Position numbers and translations under genes: made by a program. A DNA stretch of 64,000 bases from Mobula hypostoma (taxonomy: Eukaryota): assembly GCF_963921235.1 (NCBI RefSeq), contig NC_086097.1, forward strand, positions 63,924,001-63,988,000. The letters are read 5' to 3'. The notes below the pieces were generated by a model. That model was not told the origin of the DNA. It did not search any database and was given only the letters and a program-made list of their open reading frames with translations. Of this stretch, positions 35,298-49,262 are shown one piece after another (within the stretch, counting starts at the first letter, position 1; each line of letters starts with the position of its first letter).

Positions 35298-36369
35298 GTA
35301 TGTTCTTATAATTTAGATTCCTTAGCATCAGTGATTTTTATATATCCTCTTTATACAATAAAGAAGTAAACTTATTTTGTAAAATCCTGGCCCAAATTTT
35401 ATTCCTGATAGTAAGTTGAATTATCTGATCTTGGCTGGAGTTAGTGAAAGGAATTTGGTGGAGCTGAGTGTGAATGCTGAAAACTATGTGTACTTCATAG
35501 TTCAGTGAAATCATTTTTATGTACAGAACTAAACACCTCTTTGCTGTCTATAGTCAAAGCATGATGGCTTTTGAAAATAATTTTTTAGCATTCAAATGTA
35601 TTTTGTTCTGATTTACAGCCTGTTGTCTGTAGACTCAACAAAGGAGTAAATTTCCCTTTTATAGCATCATTTAAAAATAACCTACAACATGTAACTTTAG
35701 AACAATGTAATCTGATGCAGTGTCTGTTAAGTACATTTTTTCATTCATGTTGTTCAGTGTTTTTGCACATTAACACATTAAATTAAAATTATTTTATTTC
35801 TTAAATAGATGATAGAGTGGAAGTTGATCTTTGTGCTCTATTTATTATTATTATTATCATCATCAATACTACAGAGTCTAATTTGGATTCAAGTACAAAT
35901 CAGAATTGTGGACATTTTATGTTAAACATCCCCTGGACTCCACATTGTCTTGCATTTTTGTGCATGTGTATTCATGTCATTGAAATGGTTTTTTAAAGAT
36001 AGTTTGGCTTGATTTTAAAATTTTTCAGTGAAGACATCATTCACAGTTTAATTGCCAAGATTATTAGCTAATCCTTCGATTTAAATTGATTCTGCAAAAG
36101 CCAGAAGCAATCTTAGGTGGCAAAGACTTTAAAATTAGTTTACAGTTATTTTAAAGTTCGAACTGTTTCTTATTGTCGAACTGCAACTTGGATGACGATC
36201 ACTATTTCAATATGTAACATTACCACATGCCTCTAATATAAGATTGCAATCGATATTAAAGGAACTACCTACTATGGATTGCTAAAGTCATGCTTTAAAA
36301 AGTTGGTGTGATTTAAGGATTAGGGACAAGTTTGGACTGTGTTCTTTTGCACATTTTCCTTTAAACCTA

Positions 36370-37480
36370 CTTTAAATGTGTACTGTCTTGAGATTCATTT
36401 TCTTGCAGGCATAAACAAGAGAAATAAACACAATAGAATTTTATGAGAAAACTATATATAAACAAAGACTGTGCAAAAAGAAAACGAACTGCAAAGAAAA
36501 AAGTACTGAGAATATGAGTTGTAAAAAGTCCTTGAAAGTGAGTTTGTAGAATCAGCTCAGAACAGAGGTGAATGAAGTTATCCATGCCAGTTCGGGAGCC
36601 TGATGCTTGTAGGGTAAAACTGTTCTTGAATCAGGTGGTAACTATGGCTTCTGTATCTACTACCCAATGATAGTAGCAATAAGAGGGTATGGCTCGGATG
36701 GTGTGGGTCTTTGGTTGTTGCTCTCTTGTGGCAGCACTCTCTTGTAAATGTACTCAGTGCTGGGGATGGCTTTGTCTGTGATGGACTGAGCTGTATCCAC
36801 TGCTTTCTGTACCCTTTCTGTCCTAAGCATTAGTGTTTCTATACCTCCATGATATAATCAGTTGGGATACTGTTCATCTTGCATCTTTAGAAGTTTGTCA
36901 AAGTGTTTGGTGATATACCAAATCTACACAAACCTCTAAGAAAGTAGAGGCACTGTCGTGTCCGTGCGCTCCAAAGTTGAGTAAAGAGTCAGTGAAATGG
37001 CATCTACTCTTGACCGGTTGTGACAGTGTGCAAATTGGAGCAGGTCCAGGTCGTTCCTCGAGGAGGAGCTGGTTCGCTTCATGACCAACCACTCAAAGCA
37101 GTTCATCACAGTGGATGTGATTTCTGCATGATAGTCATCGAGGGAGATTACTATGTTCTTATTTGGCACAGGTATGACTGTTGCCTACTTGAAGCAGCTG
37201 GGTAATTCAGACTGCCAAAGTGAGAGATTGGAGATATCCACGAGACCTCCAGCCAGTTGATTAACACAAATTCTCAGTACTCGGTCACGTGTGTCACCTG
37301 AGCCAAATGCTTTTCACGGATTCACCCTCCTGAAGGATTCTCTCGTATCAGCCTCAGAGACTGAGATCACCGGCTCATCGGATGCTATGAGTGTTTGTGA
37401 AGGTGCCTCCACATTCTGACAGTGAAAGTAAGCATAAAAGGCATTGAGTTCACCTGGGAGTGAAACATCATTGCTATCAA
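36370..37480 (-). mobile_element. Rex/Babar LINE remnant, internally deleted
   Basis: DDYHAEITSTVMNCFEWLV..DLDLLQFA motifs and family 3' UTR. Confidence 0.75.
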
Positions 37481-39852
37481 TAGCTCATTGCCAAGGGCGC
37501 TTCTGACTCTTGCTTGTATTAAGATTCACCTAGTAATTTGGCACTCAAGACTTTAAAACAAATGAAGTATTAGAATAATAAAAGAAACAAGAAGAGAAAA
37601 ATACAAGAAAATATTTTCAAAAGCAGTGTAATGTGAAATATGGACGAATTAACTTTGATTTTTATAGAAACTGCACATCCTTGAAATGGTCCTCTTTAAT
37701 TACATGTGAACATGTAGTTGGTTTGTCAAGCCAAATATGGTAATCAATATAGAAACAGCAAACTATCACAAAGGATTAGCTAAATGTCCTGTTTATCCAA
37801 TTTTGACTCAAAATATCAACAATTCTTAACCAACCCACGCCCCCAAGAGGTGCTGCTTGACTCCCAGCAGGCTGATTGTCTGTTTTCTGAATCCATGAAA
37901 TGTGTAATTCCATTATCTGTGAAGAGACAAATGAAGTTAACAAGTCAGATGAATTGCCTTTCATCATTATGGGATGTTTTTAGTTGCAAAGGATGGGGAA
38001 GAATAGTGGTTCTGCTGAGAATATGGTGATTAATTGTTAGTTGTGGCTGATGCATCCAGTGGAGATGTATGGATAAGGACTATGATGCTAGTAAATCCAG
38101 TGCAGGTCAGGCAGCATCTGTGGAGAGGAGAGTAGAGTTGAGATTGCAGGTTGATAACCTTTCATCAGAATTGACCAGTTCCTAAAGCAAACAGAAAGGT
38201 TAATTATCTGAAATTTATTTAGATCAAAGTTGAGTCTGAAGGCCTATAATGTACATGGTAGAAGATAAGGTGCTTTTCTTTGAGCTCACATTGGATTTTG
38301 TTGAATCAGTGTTATAGGTCAATGATCAGGAGATCAGAGTTGGATAGAAAAACAAAGTGAGAGGTAGTTGGAGCTCCGGATTATCCAGATGGATGGAAAA
38401 GAGGGACTCTGCAAAGTGATTTCACGTTTTAGATTTGGTTTCTCAGATGTAGTCAAGACTATTTTGTTGATTCAAAATTGTTCTCTATCTTGAATGTTTC
38501 AGAAACTTGCAAACTTCACAGCCACCTTAGAGAGATTTGCAAAAATCCTCTACCTTTCTTTCATGAATATATTTCTTCACATCATATCACAGTCCTGAAA
38601 ATCCAAACCCTCTTTGACACTGACCCTTTGGACCTTGTAAGATCAGCTAAGGGAAACAACATCAATTGACCTTCCTCACTCAGTCGTGCGCGAGTTCTGA
38701 ATTTTTCAATATGGGATCCTCGCAGTTTTCAAAACTTTCTAGTCAGTCTAATCTCTCTCCCATAGGACAACAGGACCCATCACTAGAGTCAATCTGCTGA
38801 ACTTTCTAATGCAGTGTATCCTTCCTTTGGCAAGGAGGTCAGACCTATAGGTACTTTTCCAGTTGTGGCCTCATTAGGGTGCTATGTAATTGTAGTAAGG
38901 TGTCCTGACTCTTGCAATGATATTGCAATACTTTTTACCATGCCTCCTGTTAGCTTAAAGAGATATACATACAAGCATATGCATGCATTTCACTCTAAAG
39001 CCTTATTTCACTCCTAATCAGTAAGGCCTCATGCTGCAACCAGGCTTGTACAAAGTAAGTCATTTCAGAGGGCACAATAATCCTGAATATTTACTACCTC
39101 TTGATCTCTAGACATTTTTAAAAAAAACACTTCTCCCTTTCATTGTTGCTTTTCCTGTAAGTTAAGTTCTATCTGTACAATCTTGTGCTTTAACCTAGCC
39201 CTGATTTCATCTTGCAGAAGCCTCTCTGCATGCTATCTGCAACTTAAAACATACGTTTTTGGATCTGATGAAAATGTTAGAGCTATTTCTCCCTCTACTG
39301 GTGTTGTACAGGCATTTTATGATGATACGTTATTTCAGCATTTACATTTTTTTGTGCAACATCAGTGAGATATTTGAATCTCCACCATTTTGTGTCATAC
39401 TTGGCTTGTAATCAAAATTCTACTGAGAAGGTACCCAATGAAATTTCATATGGGAACATCTGGAAGCAGGTTTATGTTCTTTATTCAGCTCCCATGGAAG
39501 AAGGCATATGTTTCACATATTTGGTTATTTTCTTCAAATGCTTCATCTTGTGCAAGAATACCACTGTGCATGGTGAAATGAATCCCTAGTTGAAGATCAT
39601 TGAAATAGTGTGTATGCAGTGCAACATAACCCAATTTTTGTTTGTGGTCTTTACCAACTGTTTAATAGAGCAGGTGATCTGGTGTGGCACGATATCTTAT
39701 AAATATCCATGTAGCACCAATTAATGTGTTACCTATTTGAAAAATTAGTTTTCCCACAGTGTGCAGTAAAAGTGGCAGGATTAAAGTAATGATAGTAAAT
39801 GTACGTACCACCAGCATTTATAACTAATCAATTGAAATATTTCTTTTAACAG

Positions 39853-39985
39853 TGGGGAATGCCATATATGCAACAGATTGCTGGAGACCATTCAGCTGAA
39901 TGAAGATGAGTACAGTATATTAAAAGAACATGTGATGAACGATGTCATACAAGGAAATGATGTTTTTAGGAAGACAACTCCTGCG
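39853..39985 (+). CDS. PRORP: PRORP exon with zinc-binding CxxC (GECHICNRLLETIQLNEDEY...FRKTTPA)
   Basis: ttttaacag / gtaagc; 133 nt; GxCxxC and RKTTP motifs. Confidence 0.94.
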
Positions 39986-40203
39986 GTAAGCAGTGCGGAT
40001 AATATAATGTGGAATTCTACAAGTTGTTTATCTATATTTGAAAACAATGACTAAAATAACCATTGCTGACTACTGTTGTCAAGATTTCCTTTTGGCAATT
40101 GCCTGACCAAAGCCTTATTTCACTCCTATTCAGTGAGGCCTCATGCTGCAACCAGGTGTGTACAAAATTAATCATTTGAGAGGGTGCAATAAGCTCTGAC
40201 TAC

Positions 40204-40579
40204 CGTGTACATACGTCTACTGATGCTTCTGGACACATCTTCAGTGATGTTCCTGGAATCATCGGGTGCTTCGGGTCTTTCAACATCATACAACCTCTTC
40301 CAGGGGACCCAGCCGGGGCTGATCAGACCCCAGCTTGTGTCCAGATGGCTAGCTACTTATGACTCCATGGCTCCCCCCTTTTTGAGCCTCAACCATCTTG
40401 AGGCCCTCTCTGCCGCATCGGTGGTACTGCGGATGGCTCTCCTCTTCCTCTCTCCCTCGATGCCCAAAATGCTGAAGGCTCTAACTAAAGAACGGGCTAT
40501 GAATCCCCTACAACCAACCTCCACTGGGAGACACCTTGCTCTCCATCCAGCCTGCTGACAGTTGCTGACCAGTCCTGCG
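40204..40579 (-). mobile_element. Hero-like (restriction-like endonuclease) non-LTR retrotransposon 3' fragment
   Basis: Minus strand CQQAGWRARCLPVEVGCRGF...AAERASRWL; candidate 7-bp TSD tgactac at 40197-40203 and 40580-40586. Confidence 0.72.
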
Positions 40580-41174
40580 TGACTACAAAGGTGGCATGCA
40601 GATAAAATATACTTAACTCTTTAAGCTGTTTAGAACATATTCTGAATGTTACTGGTGGTCAAACTTACTATTTGATGCATAGATTGGGATTTAAGTAAAT
40701 AGAAAAGGTGGTAAATGAATGGAGTTAAAACTAACTACCTTGCAAATGTTTTGCTCATTGTTGTTGTATCTGTGGGAAGATCATATTAACACAGGATGAA
40801 GAATTGGCCTGATTTTGTAACCCCTCACTGGGAATTGCATCAGGATTCCAGCATTTTGTGCAGAGAATGAATAAGCAATAGAATTGTTCTTAGCAGGATT
40901 GGCACTTAGGGCAGGCAAGCTGGAAAATTTGCAATTTCCTGGTATTCACATCGGAAAGGCCGGGATTTCCACACACAATGGTATGAAAGAGTCTGCCGGA
41001 AGACACTATAAATTGTAGATTTCAATATTCTGCAGAAGAATTTTGCTGTGTCATAGGTAAAGTGGCTACCAGTACTTGCTGACTTTTCTCCATCTGCTTT
41101 TTGTTTTCATTTCATCTCCCTTGGTTGGAAAAAGTGATGGACAATACTAAATTGCCCTTTCACAAACCAGGCAA

Positions 41175-44100
41175 AATCAGAATTCGGTTTATTATGTTGT
41201 GAAATTTGTTAACTTAGCAGCAGCAGTTCAATGCAATACATAATACTGTATAGAAAAGAGAAAAAAATAAAATAAAAATAGTAATAAGTAAATCAATTAC
41301 AGTATACATTGAATAGATTTTTAAAAATGCAAAAATCAGAAATATGTATATTTTTTTTAAAAATGAGGTAGTGTCCAATGTCCATTTAGGAATCGGATGG
41401 CAGAGGGGAAGAAGCTGTTCCTGAATCGCTGAGTGTGTGCCTTCAGGCTTCTGTACCTCCAACCTGATGGCAACAGCGAGAACAGGGCATGCCCTGAGTT
41501 CTGGAGGTCCTTAAAAATGGACACTGCTTTTCTGAGACACCGCTCCCTGAAGATGTCCTGGGTACTTTGTAGGCTAGAACCCAAGATGCAGCTGACTAGA
41601 TATACAACCCTCTGCAACCTCTTTTGGTCCTGTGCAGTAGCCCCCCCCCCCCCCACCAGACAGTGATGCAGCCTGTCAGAATGCTCTCCATGGTACATCT
41701 ATAGAAGTTTTTGAGTGTATTTGTTGACATGCCAAATCTCTTCAAACTCCTAATGAAGTATAGTCACTGTCTTGCCTTCTTTATAACTGCATCAATATGT
41801 TGGGACTAGGTTAGGTCCTCAGAGATCTTGACACCCTGAAACTTGAAACTGCTCACTCTCTCCATTTCTGATCCTTCTATGAGGATTGGTATGTGTTTCT
41901 TCGTCTTACCCTTCCTGAAGTCCACAATCAGCTCTTTCATCTTACTGACATTGAGTGCCAGGTTGTTGCTGCGACACCACTCCACTAGTTGGCATATCTC
42001 ACTCCTTTACGCCCTTTCGTCACCACCTGAGATTCTACCAACAATGGTTGTATCGTCAGCAAATTTATAGATGGTATTTGAGCTGTGCCTAGCCACACAG
42101 TCATGTCTATATAGAGGGTAGAGCAGTGGGCTAAGCACACATCCTTGAGATGCGCAGTGTTGATCATCAGTGAGGAGGATATGTTATCACCAATCTGCAC
42201 AGGTTGTGGTCTTCTGGTTAGGAAGTAGAGTAACCAGTTGCAGAGGGAGGTTCAGAGGCCCAGGTTCTGCAACTTCTCAATCAGGATTGTGGGAGTGATG
42301 GTATTAAATGCTGAGCAGTGGTCGATGTACAGCATTCTGACATTGGTGTTTGTGTTGTCCAGTTGGTATAAAGCCATGTGGAGAGCCATTGAGATTGCAT
42401 CTGCCGTTGACCTATTGTGGTGACAGGCAAATTGCAATGGGTCCAGGTCTTTGCTCAGGCAGGAGTTCAGTCTAGTCATGACCAGCCTCTCAAAGCATTT
42501 CATCACTGTAGATATGAGCGCTACTGGGCGATAGTCATTAAGGCAGCTCAATTTATTCTTAGGCACTGGTATAATTGTTGCCTTTTTTGAAGCAAGTGGG
42601 AACTTCCGCCCGTAGCTGTGAGAGGTTGAAAATGTCCTTGAATACTCCCACTAGTTGGTTGGCACAAGTTTTCAGAACCTTACCAGGTACTCCATCGGGA
42701 CCATCTGCCTTGCGAGGGTTCACTCTCTTTAAAGACAGCCTAACATCGGCCTCTAAGACAGAGATCACAGGGTCATCAGGTGCAGCAGGGATCTTCACAG
42801 CTATAATTGTGTTCTCCCTTTCAAAGCAGGCGTAGAAGATGGTGAGTTCATCTGGTAGTGAAGCATCACTGCCATTCATGCTATTGGGTTTCACTTTGTA
42901 GGAAGTAATAGAAACATAGAAACATAGAAAATAGGTGCAGGAGTAGGCCATTTGGCCCTTCGAGCCTGCACCGCCATTTATTATGATCATGGTTGATCAT
43001 CCAACTCAGAACCCCGCCCCAGCCTTCCCTCCATACCCCTTGACCCCCGTAGCCACAAGGGCCATATCTAACTCCCTCTTAAATATAGCCAATGAACTGG
43101 CCTCAACAGTTTCCTGTGGCAGAGAATTCCACAGATTCACCACTCTCTGTGTGAAGAAGTTTTTCCTAATCTCGGTCCTAAAAGGCTTCCCCTCTATCCT
43201 CAAACTGTGGCCCCTCGTTCTGGACTTCCCCAACATCGGGAACAATCTTCCTGCATCTAGCCTGTCCAATCCCTTTAGGATCTTATACGTTTCAATCAGA
43301 TCCCCCCGCAATCTTCTAAATTCCAATGAGTACAAGCCCAGTTCATCCAGTCTTTCTTCATATGAAAGTCCTGCCATCCCAGGAATCAATCTGGTGAACC
43401 TTCTTTGTACTCCCTCTATGGCAAAGATGTCTTTCCTCAGATTAGGGGACCAAAACTGCACACAATACTCCAGATGTGGTCTCACCAAGGCCTTGTACAA
43501 CTGCAGTAGTACCTCCCTGCTCCTGTACTCGAATCCTCTCGCTATAAATGCCAGCATACCATTCGCCTTTTTCACCGCCTGCTGTACCTGCATGCCCACT
43601 TTCAATGACTGGTGTATAATGACACCCAGGTCTCGTTGCACCTCCCCTTTTCCTAATCGCCCACCATTCAGATAATAATCTGTTTTCCTATTTTTGCCAC
43701 CAAAGTGGATAACTTCACATTTATCCACATTAAATTGCATCTGCCATGAATTTGCCCACTCACCCAACCTATCCAAGTCACCCTGCATCCTCTTAGCATC
43801 CTCCTCACAGCTAACACTGCCACCCAGCTTCGTGTCATCCGCAAACTTGGAGATGCTGCATTTAATTCCCTCATCCAAGTCATTAATATATATTGTAAAC
43901 AACTGGGGTCCCAGCACTGAGCCTTGCGGTACCCCACTAGTCACCGCCTGCCATTCTGAAAAGGTCCCATTTATTCCCACTCTTTGCTTCCTGTCTGCTA
44001 ACCAATTCTCCACCCACACCAATACCTTACCCCCAATACCGTGTGCTTTAAGTTTGCACACTAATCTCCTGTGTGGGACCTTGTCAAAAGCCTTTTGAAA

Positions 44101-45425
44101 ATCCAAATATACCATATCCACTGGTTCTCCCCTATTCACTCTACTAGTTACATCCTCAAAAAATTCTATGAGATTCGTCAGACATGATTTTCCTTTCACA
44201 AATCCATGCTGACTTTGTCCGATCATTTCACCGCTTTCCAAATGTGCTGTTATCACATCCTTGATAACTGACTCCAGCAGTTTCCCCACCACCAACGTTA
44301 GGCTAACCGGTCTATAATTCCCCAGTTTCTCTCTCCCTCCTTTTTTAAAAAGTGGAGTTACATTAGCCACCCTCCAATCCTCGGGAACTAGTCCAGAATC
44401 TAACGAGTTTTGAAAAATTATCACTAATGCATCCACTATTTCTTGGGCTACTTCCTTTAAGCACTCTAGGATGCAGACCATCTGGCCCTGGGGATTTATC
44501 TGCCTTCAATCCCTTCAATTTACCTAACACCACTTCCCTACTAACATGTATTTCGCTCAGTTCCTCCATCTCACTGGACCCTCTGTCCCTTACTATTTCT
44601 GGAAGATTATTTATGTCCTCCTTAGTGAAGACAGAACCAAAGTAATTATTCAATTGGTCTGCCATGTCCTTGCTCCCCATAATCAATTCACCTATTTCTG
44701 TCTGCAGGGGACCTACATTTGTCTTTACCAGTCTTTTCCTTTTTACATATCTATAAAAGCTTTTACAGTCCGTTTTTATATTCCCTGCCAGTTTTCTCTC
44801 ATAATCTTTTTTCCCCTTCCTAATTAAGCCCTTTGTCCTCCTCTGCTGAACACTGAATTTCTCCGAGTCCTCAGGTGAGCCTTACCCCCAACATCAATAC
44901 CTTACCCCCAATACCGTGTGCTTTAAGTTTGCACACTAATCTCCTGTGTGGGACCTTGTCAAAAGCCTTTTGAAAATCCAAATATACCACATCCACTGGT
45001 TCTCCCCTATCCACCCTACTAGTTACATCCTCAAAAAATGTTCTGAAGACCACGCCAGAGTTGCCATGCATCCGATGTCGCCTCCAACTTCATTTGAAAT
45101 AGTCTCTTTGACCTTGAAGATCGCCCTCCGCAAATCATACCTGGTTTTCTGGTACAGGCCTGGGTTGCCAGACTTGAATGCCACAGATCTAGCTTTCAGC
45201 AGATGACATACCTTCTGGTTCATCCACGGCTTTTGGTTTGGGAATGTACAGTAATTGTTCGAGTCCCATCAGTCATGCTGCGAAACAACAGATATCATTC
45301 ATGTGGGTGCAAAAAACATTATCCAGATAAAAGCCGGTGGAGCATTTACCTCAGTGGAAGTAACTGTGGGATGCATCAGTGCAGATCACTGACTCTACAG
45401 CATGTCCTTGGATTTAATCTTCCCT
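41175..45425 (-). mobile_element. Rex/Babar LINE (RT region) interrupted by a CR1 insertion at 42910-45039
   Basis: [46 protein letters not shown]; host sequence resumes across the CR1. Confidence 0.88.
42910..45039 (-). mobile_element. Young CR1-clade LINE, 5'-truncated, near-intact RT (491-codon ORF plus one upstream frameshift)
   Basis: QHGFVKGKSC, YLDFQKAFD, GVPQGSVLGP, FADDTKL; (TTTCTATG)n tail. Confidence 0.95.
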
Positions 45426-46444
45426 CTGAGTCACTCAGTGTATAGCCCAGTACTGCAGGACACAAAAACGCAACCAATGAACATTAATGTGTATTTGGCA
45501 ATTTTTTTTTTGTGTGGCTCATATCCTGATTTGAGGGGAAATGGTTAAATTGACAGACTGGACATCAATATGGGGTTCCTCATCTCACAATAAGGATGAA
45601 GAATTACTTAACAGACAAAGAGTAAAAGTTCACATCAGTACAATATATAAAAGAAAACCTAAGTCATTAAAGTGGTTTGTTTTTTTTAAACATCTTTGCC
45701 TAAACTGGAGACTTTAGAGTGCCTTTGTCTTCTTGATTTTAGCCAGAAGGTGGCACTTTTGTCATAGGAGCTTCACAGACTTGATTACAGGCAAGAGGAA
45801 GCTTAAGCAAACCGTTTTTTATGTTGGTATCTAGCTTGAAATTTTTTTATTGTCTTCAGAAAGTGGAAGCATTAATATTGTGGTTATTACAATACTGAAT
45901 TAGAGAACTAGATGGGAATTATAATTAATTGTGGAATAAGACGGATTGTCATAAAAACATCTGATTTACAATTGTTTAAGGACTACTGTTAGGCCTTCAA
46001 GCCAAAACAGATCCACAGCAATATTAGCCTCCCTGACTTTGACAGTTTCAACATACCTCGTGGGTGAGGTGATGGGCAAAAAGCATTTTAAGTTCAATCT
46101 TCCCTCTGTTTTGAGATATATATGTTTAAAATTTGTGGTATGGATCCTGTCCTCTGCATTATTATTTATCATTCTGCTAAATCCAATGCTACTCTGTCAT
46201 GGATGGTCCCAAATCTGACTGCCAAACGAGGAGGGTTGGGCATTGGGCTAGAAACTCCTTTGCTTAAAAACTCAGAAGAGCTACCGAAATGCCAACAGAA
46301 GCTCCAAAGACTTCATTCCTGGGAGAGAAGGGATCTTTGCCTTGAAGACGTATGAAGTCGTTTGCTGAAAGTGAAAGTCATAGAGCTGATCAACCTTCTG
46401 TCGGCGCAGGACAGAGGACTCTGGGGTGCTGCTGTCGGCTGCCT

Positions 46445-47525
46445 ATAGAAGGATAACCTATAGCACAATACAGGCCCTTCAGCCCACAAAGCTCTGCTGA
46501 ACAGGTCCTTACCTCAGAAATTACCTAGGGTTACCCATAGCCCTCTATTTTTCTACGCTCCATGTACCTATCCAGGGGTCTCTTAAAGGACCCTATCATA
46601 TCCACCTCCACCACCGTCACCGGCAGCCCATTCCACGCACTCAATTCTATCAGGTCACCTCTCATCCTCTGTCGCTGCAAGGAAAAAAGGCTGAATTCAC
46701 TCAACCTATTCTCATAAGGCATGCTCCCCAATCCAGGCAACGTCCTTCTAAATCTCCTCTGCACCCTTTCTATGGTTTCCACAACCTTCCTGTAGTGAGG
46801 CAACCAGAACTGAGCACAGTACTCCAAGTGGGGTCTGACCAGGATCCTATATAGCTGCAACATTACCTCTCAGCTCCCAAACTCAATCCCACGATTGATG
46901 AAGGCCAATACACCGTATGCTTTCTGAACCACAGAGTCAACCTGTGCAGCAGCTTTGAGTGTCCTATGGACTTGGACCCCAAGATCCCTCTGATCCTCCA
47001 CACTGCCAAGAACCTTACCATTAGTACTATAATCTGTCATCATATTTGACCTACCAAAATGAACCACCTCACACTTATCTGGATTGAACTCCATCTGCCA
47101 CTTCTCAACCCAGTTTTGCATCCTATCAATGTTCCGTTGTAACCTCTGACAGCCCTCTACACTATCCACAACACCCCCAACCTTTGTGTCATCAGCAAAT
47201 TTACTAACCCATCCCTCCACTTCTTCATCCAGGTCATTTATAAAAATCATGAAGAGTAGAGGTCCCAGAACAGATCCCTGAGGCACACCTCTGGTCACCG
47301 ACCTTCATGCAGAATATGACCCATCTACAACCACTCTTTGCCTTCTGTGGGTAAGCCAGTTCTGGATCCACAAAGCAATGTCTCCTTGGATCCCATGCCT
47401 CCTTACTTTCTCAATAAGCCTTGCATGGGGTACCTTATCAAATGCCTTGCTGAAATCCATATACACTACATCTACTGCTCTACCTACATCACATCCTCAG
47501 TTTTAGTCACATCCTCAAAAAATTG
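46445..47525 (-). mobile_element. CR1-clade LINE fragment
   Basis: GVPQGSVLGPLLF, KFADDTKVGG, RPHLEYC. Confidence 0.9.
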
Positions 47526-47599
47526 CTCTAGTAGGGCTGATGGGTTTAAGAAAAAGAAGAAATCCAATGCCTGCTTTCTCTTGGCATTCTCATCCTCTG

Positions 47600-48215
47600 T
47601 TACATTGAACTACTATAGGATTTTTCATTGCTGGTGATTCCAATACTTACATCAATGATCTCTCAAATGCGAACTCAGCTGAATTCATGAGGTTACTAGA
47701 CAGCCTAGATCTTACCCAGTCCGTCACTGAGCCCACTCATCGACTTGGAAATGAATTTGACTTAATAATGACAAAAGATTATTAATGTTTCTCTGTCTGA
47801 TATCACAATCTCTGATTTTTGTATACTTTTTGATGCCCTCCTATCATAACCAAGACCACGAAATAAATTAGTTTAAAAAAACTGGTTTCTTGATGCTGCA
47901 ACACTACTTGAATTCGCTGAATTGTCTGGTTTATATGACCTATATTGCTCACTGAATGAAATCATTGATTCTTTCAGCTTGATAAATATATTAAAAACAG
48001 TGTCCCCACTGAAGGTTAAAAAGGAATCACTTGGTAAAATGTTGTCATGGTTAAACAATTCTGTCCACAAACTTGAGATCATGCAGAATAGCAGAGAGAA
48101 AATGGAGGAAAACTGGACCAGAAGTCCACCATAATATTTTCAAGGGAAAATTAAATTCCTTGAATTCTGTTATATGCTCTGCAAGAAGAGGCCATTTTCC
48201 CAAAATTACTATAGA
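47600..48215 (+). mobile_element. L2-like LINE endonuclease-region fragment
   Basis: IAGDSNTYIND...LDSLDLTQSVTEPTHRLGNEFDL. Confidence 0.65.
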
Positions 48216-49262
48216 GAATAGCAGCGATTCAAGAGTCAGGCAGGAAGGCAGAGGGGGTGGTATGGCTCTGTTGGTAAAATATGAAGTTAAATCATTAGAA
48301 AGAGGTGACACAGGGTCAGAATGTGTTGAATTGTTGCAGGTAGAGCTAAGGAACTGCAAGGGTAAAAGCACCCTGATGGGAGTTGTATGATGGTATCGAT
48401 GTGGTAACAGTAGTAAAGATGTGGTCTACAAACTACAATGGGAGATAGAAAATTCATGCTAAAAGGGCAATGTTACAATAATCATGAGGAATTTCAACAT
48501 ACAGGTAGACTGGGAAAATCAAGTTGGTGCTGGATCCCGAGAGGATGAATTTCTAGAATGCCTATGAGAGGGCTTTTTAGAGCAGCTTGTGCTTAAGCTC
48601 ACAACGGGATCTGCTATTATGGATTAGGTATTGTGCAGTGAACCAGAATTGATTAGAGAGTAGAATTGTTTAGAGAACTCTTGGGGGGAGGGGGAAATGA
48701 TCATAATACGATAGAATTCACCCTGCAATTTGAGGAGGAGAAGCTAAAGTCAGATGTATCGGTATTACAGTAGTGTAAAGGGAGTTACAGAGGCATGAGA
48801 GAGGAGCTTGGAAAAGAACACTGGCAGGTATGACAACAGAGCAGCAATGGCTGGAAATTCTGGGAGCAATGTGGAAGGCACAGGATATACAGATCCCAAA
48901 GAGGAAGAAGTATTCTAAAGCCAGGATGCCACAACCGTGGCTGACAAGAGAAGTCAAAGCCAACATAAAAGCTAAAAGGAGGTAATATAATAGAGCAAAA
49001 ATTAGTGGGAAATTAGAGAATTGGGGAGCTTTTAAAAACCAGAAGCCAACTAGAAAGTCATAAAGAAGGAAAAGATGGAATATGAAGGTAAGCTAGCCAA
49101 TAATATTAAAGAGGATACCAAAAGCTTCAGTGGATATATAATGTGTACAAAAGAGGCAAAAGTAGGTATTGGAGCACTGGAAAGTGATGCTGGGGAGGTA
49201 GTAATGGGAAATAAGAAAATGGTGGACAAACTGAATAAGCATTTTGTATCAGTCTTCACTGA
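48216..49262 (+). mobile_element. CR1-clade LINE endonuclease-region fragment
   Basis: RQEGRGGGMALLVK, VELRNCKGK; same family as 11.7-12.7 kb. Confidence 0.85.

Noticed and set aside
40109..40192. Possible box C/D snoRNA in the 84-bp repeat
   Set aside because: Only imperfect boxes, and they are antisense to the host gene.
42983..43675. 230-aa plus-strand ORF
   Set aside because: Antisense shadow of the CR1 RT frame.
43006..44481. 491-aa reverse transcriptase ORF as a host gene or retron-like system
   Set aside because: It has typical CR1 ORF2 motifs, a CR1 3' tail, 5' truncation and many decayed paralogs in the window.
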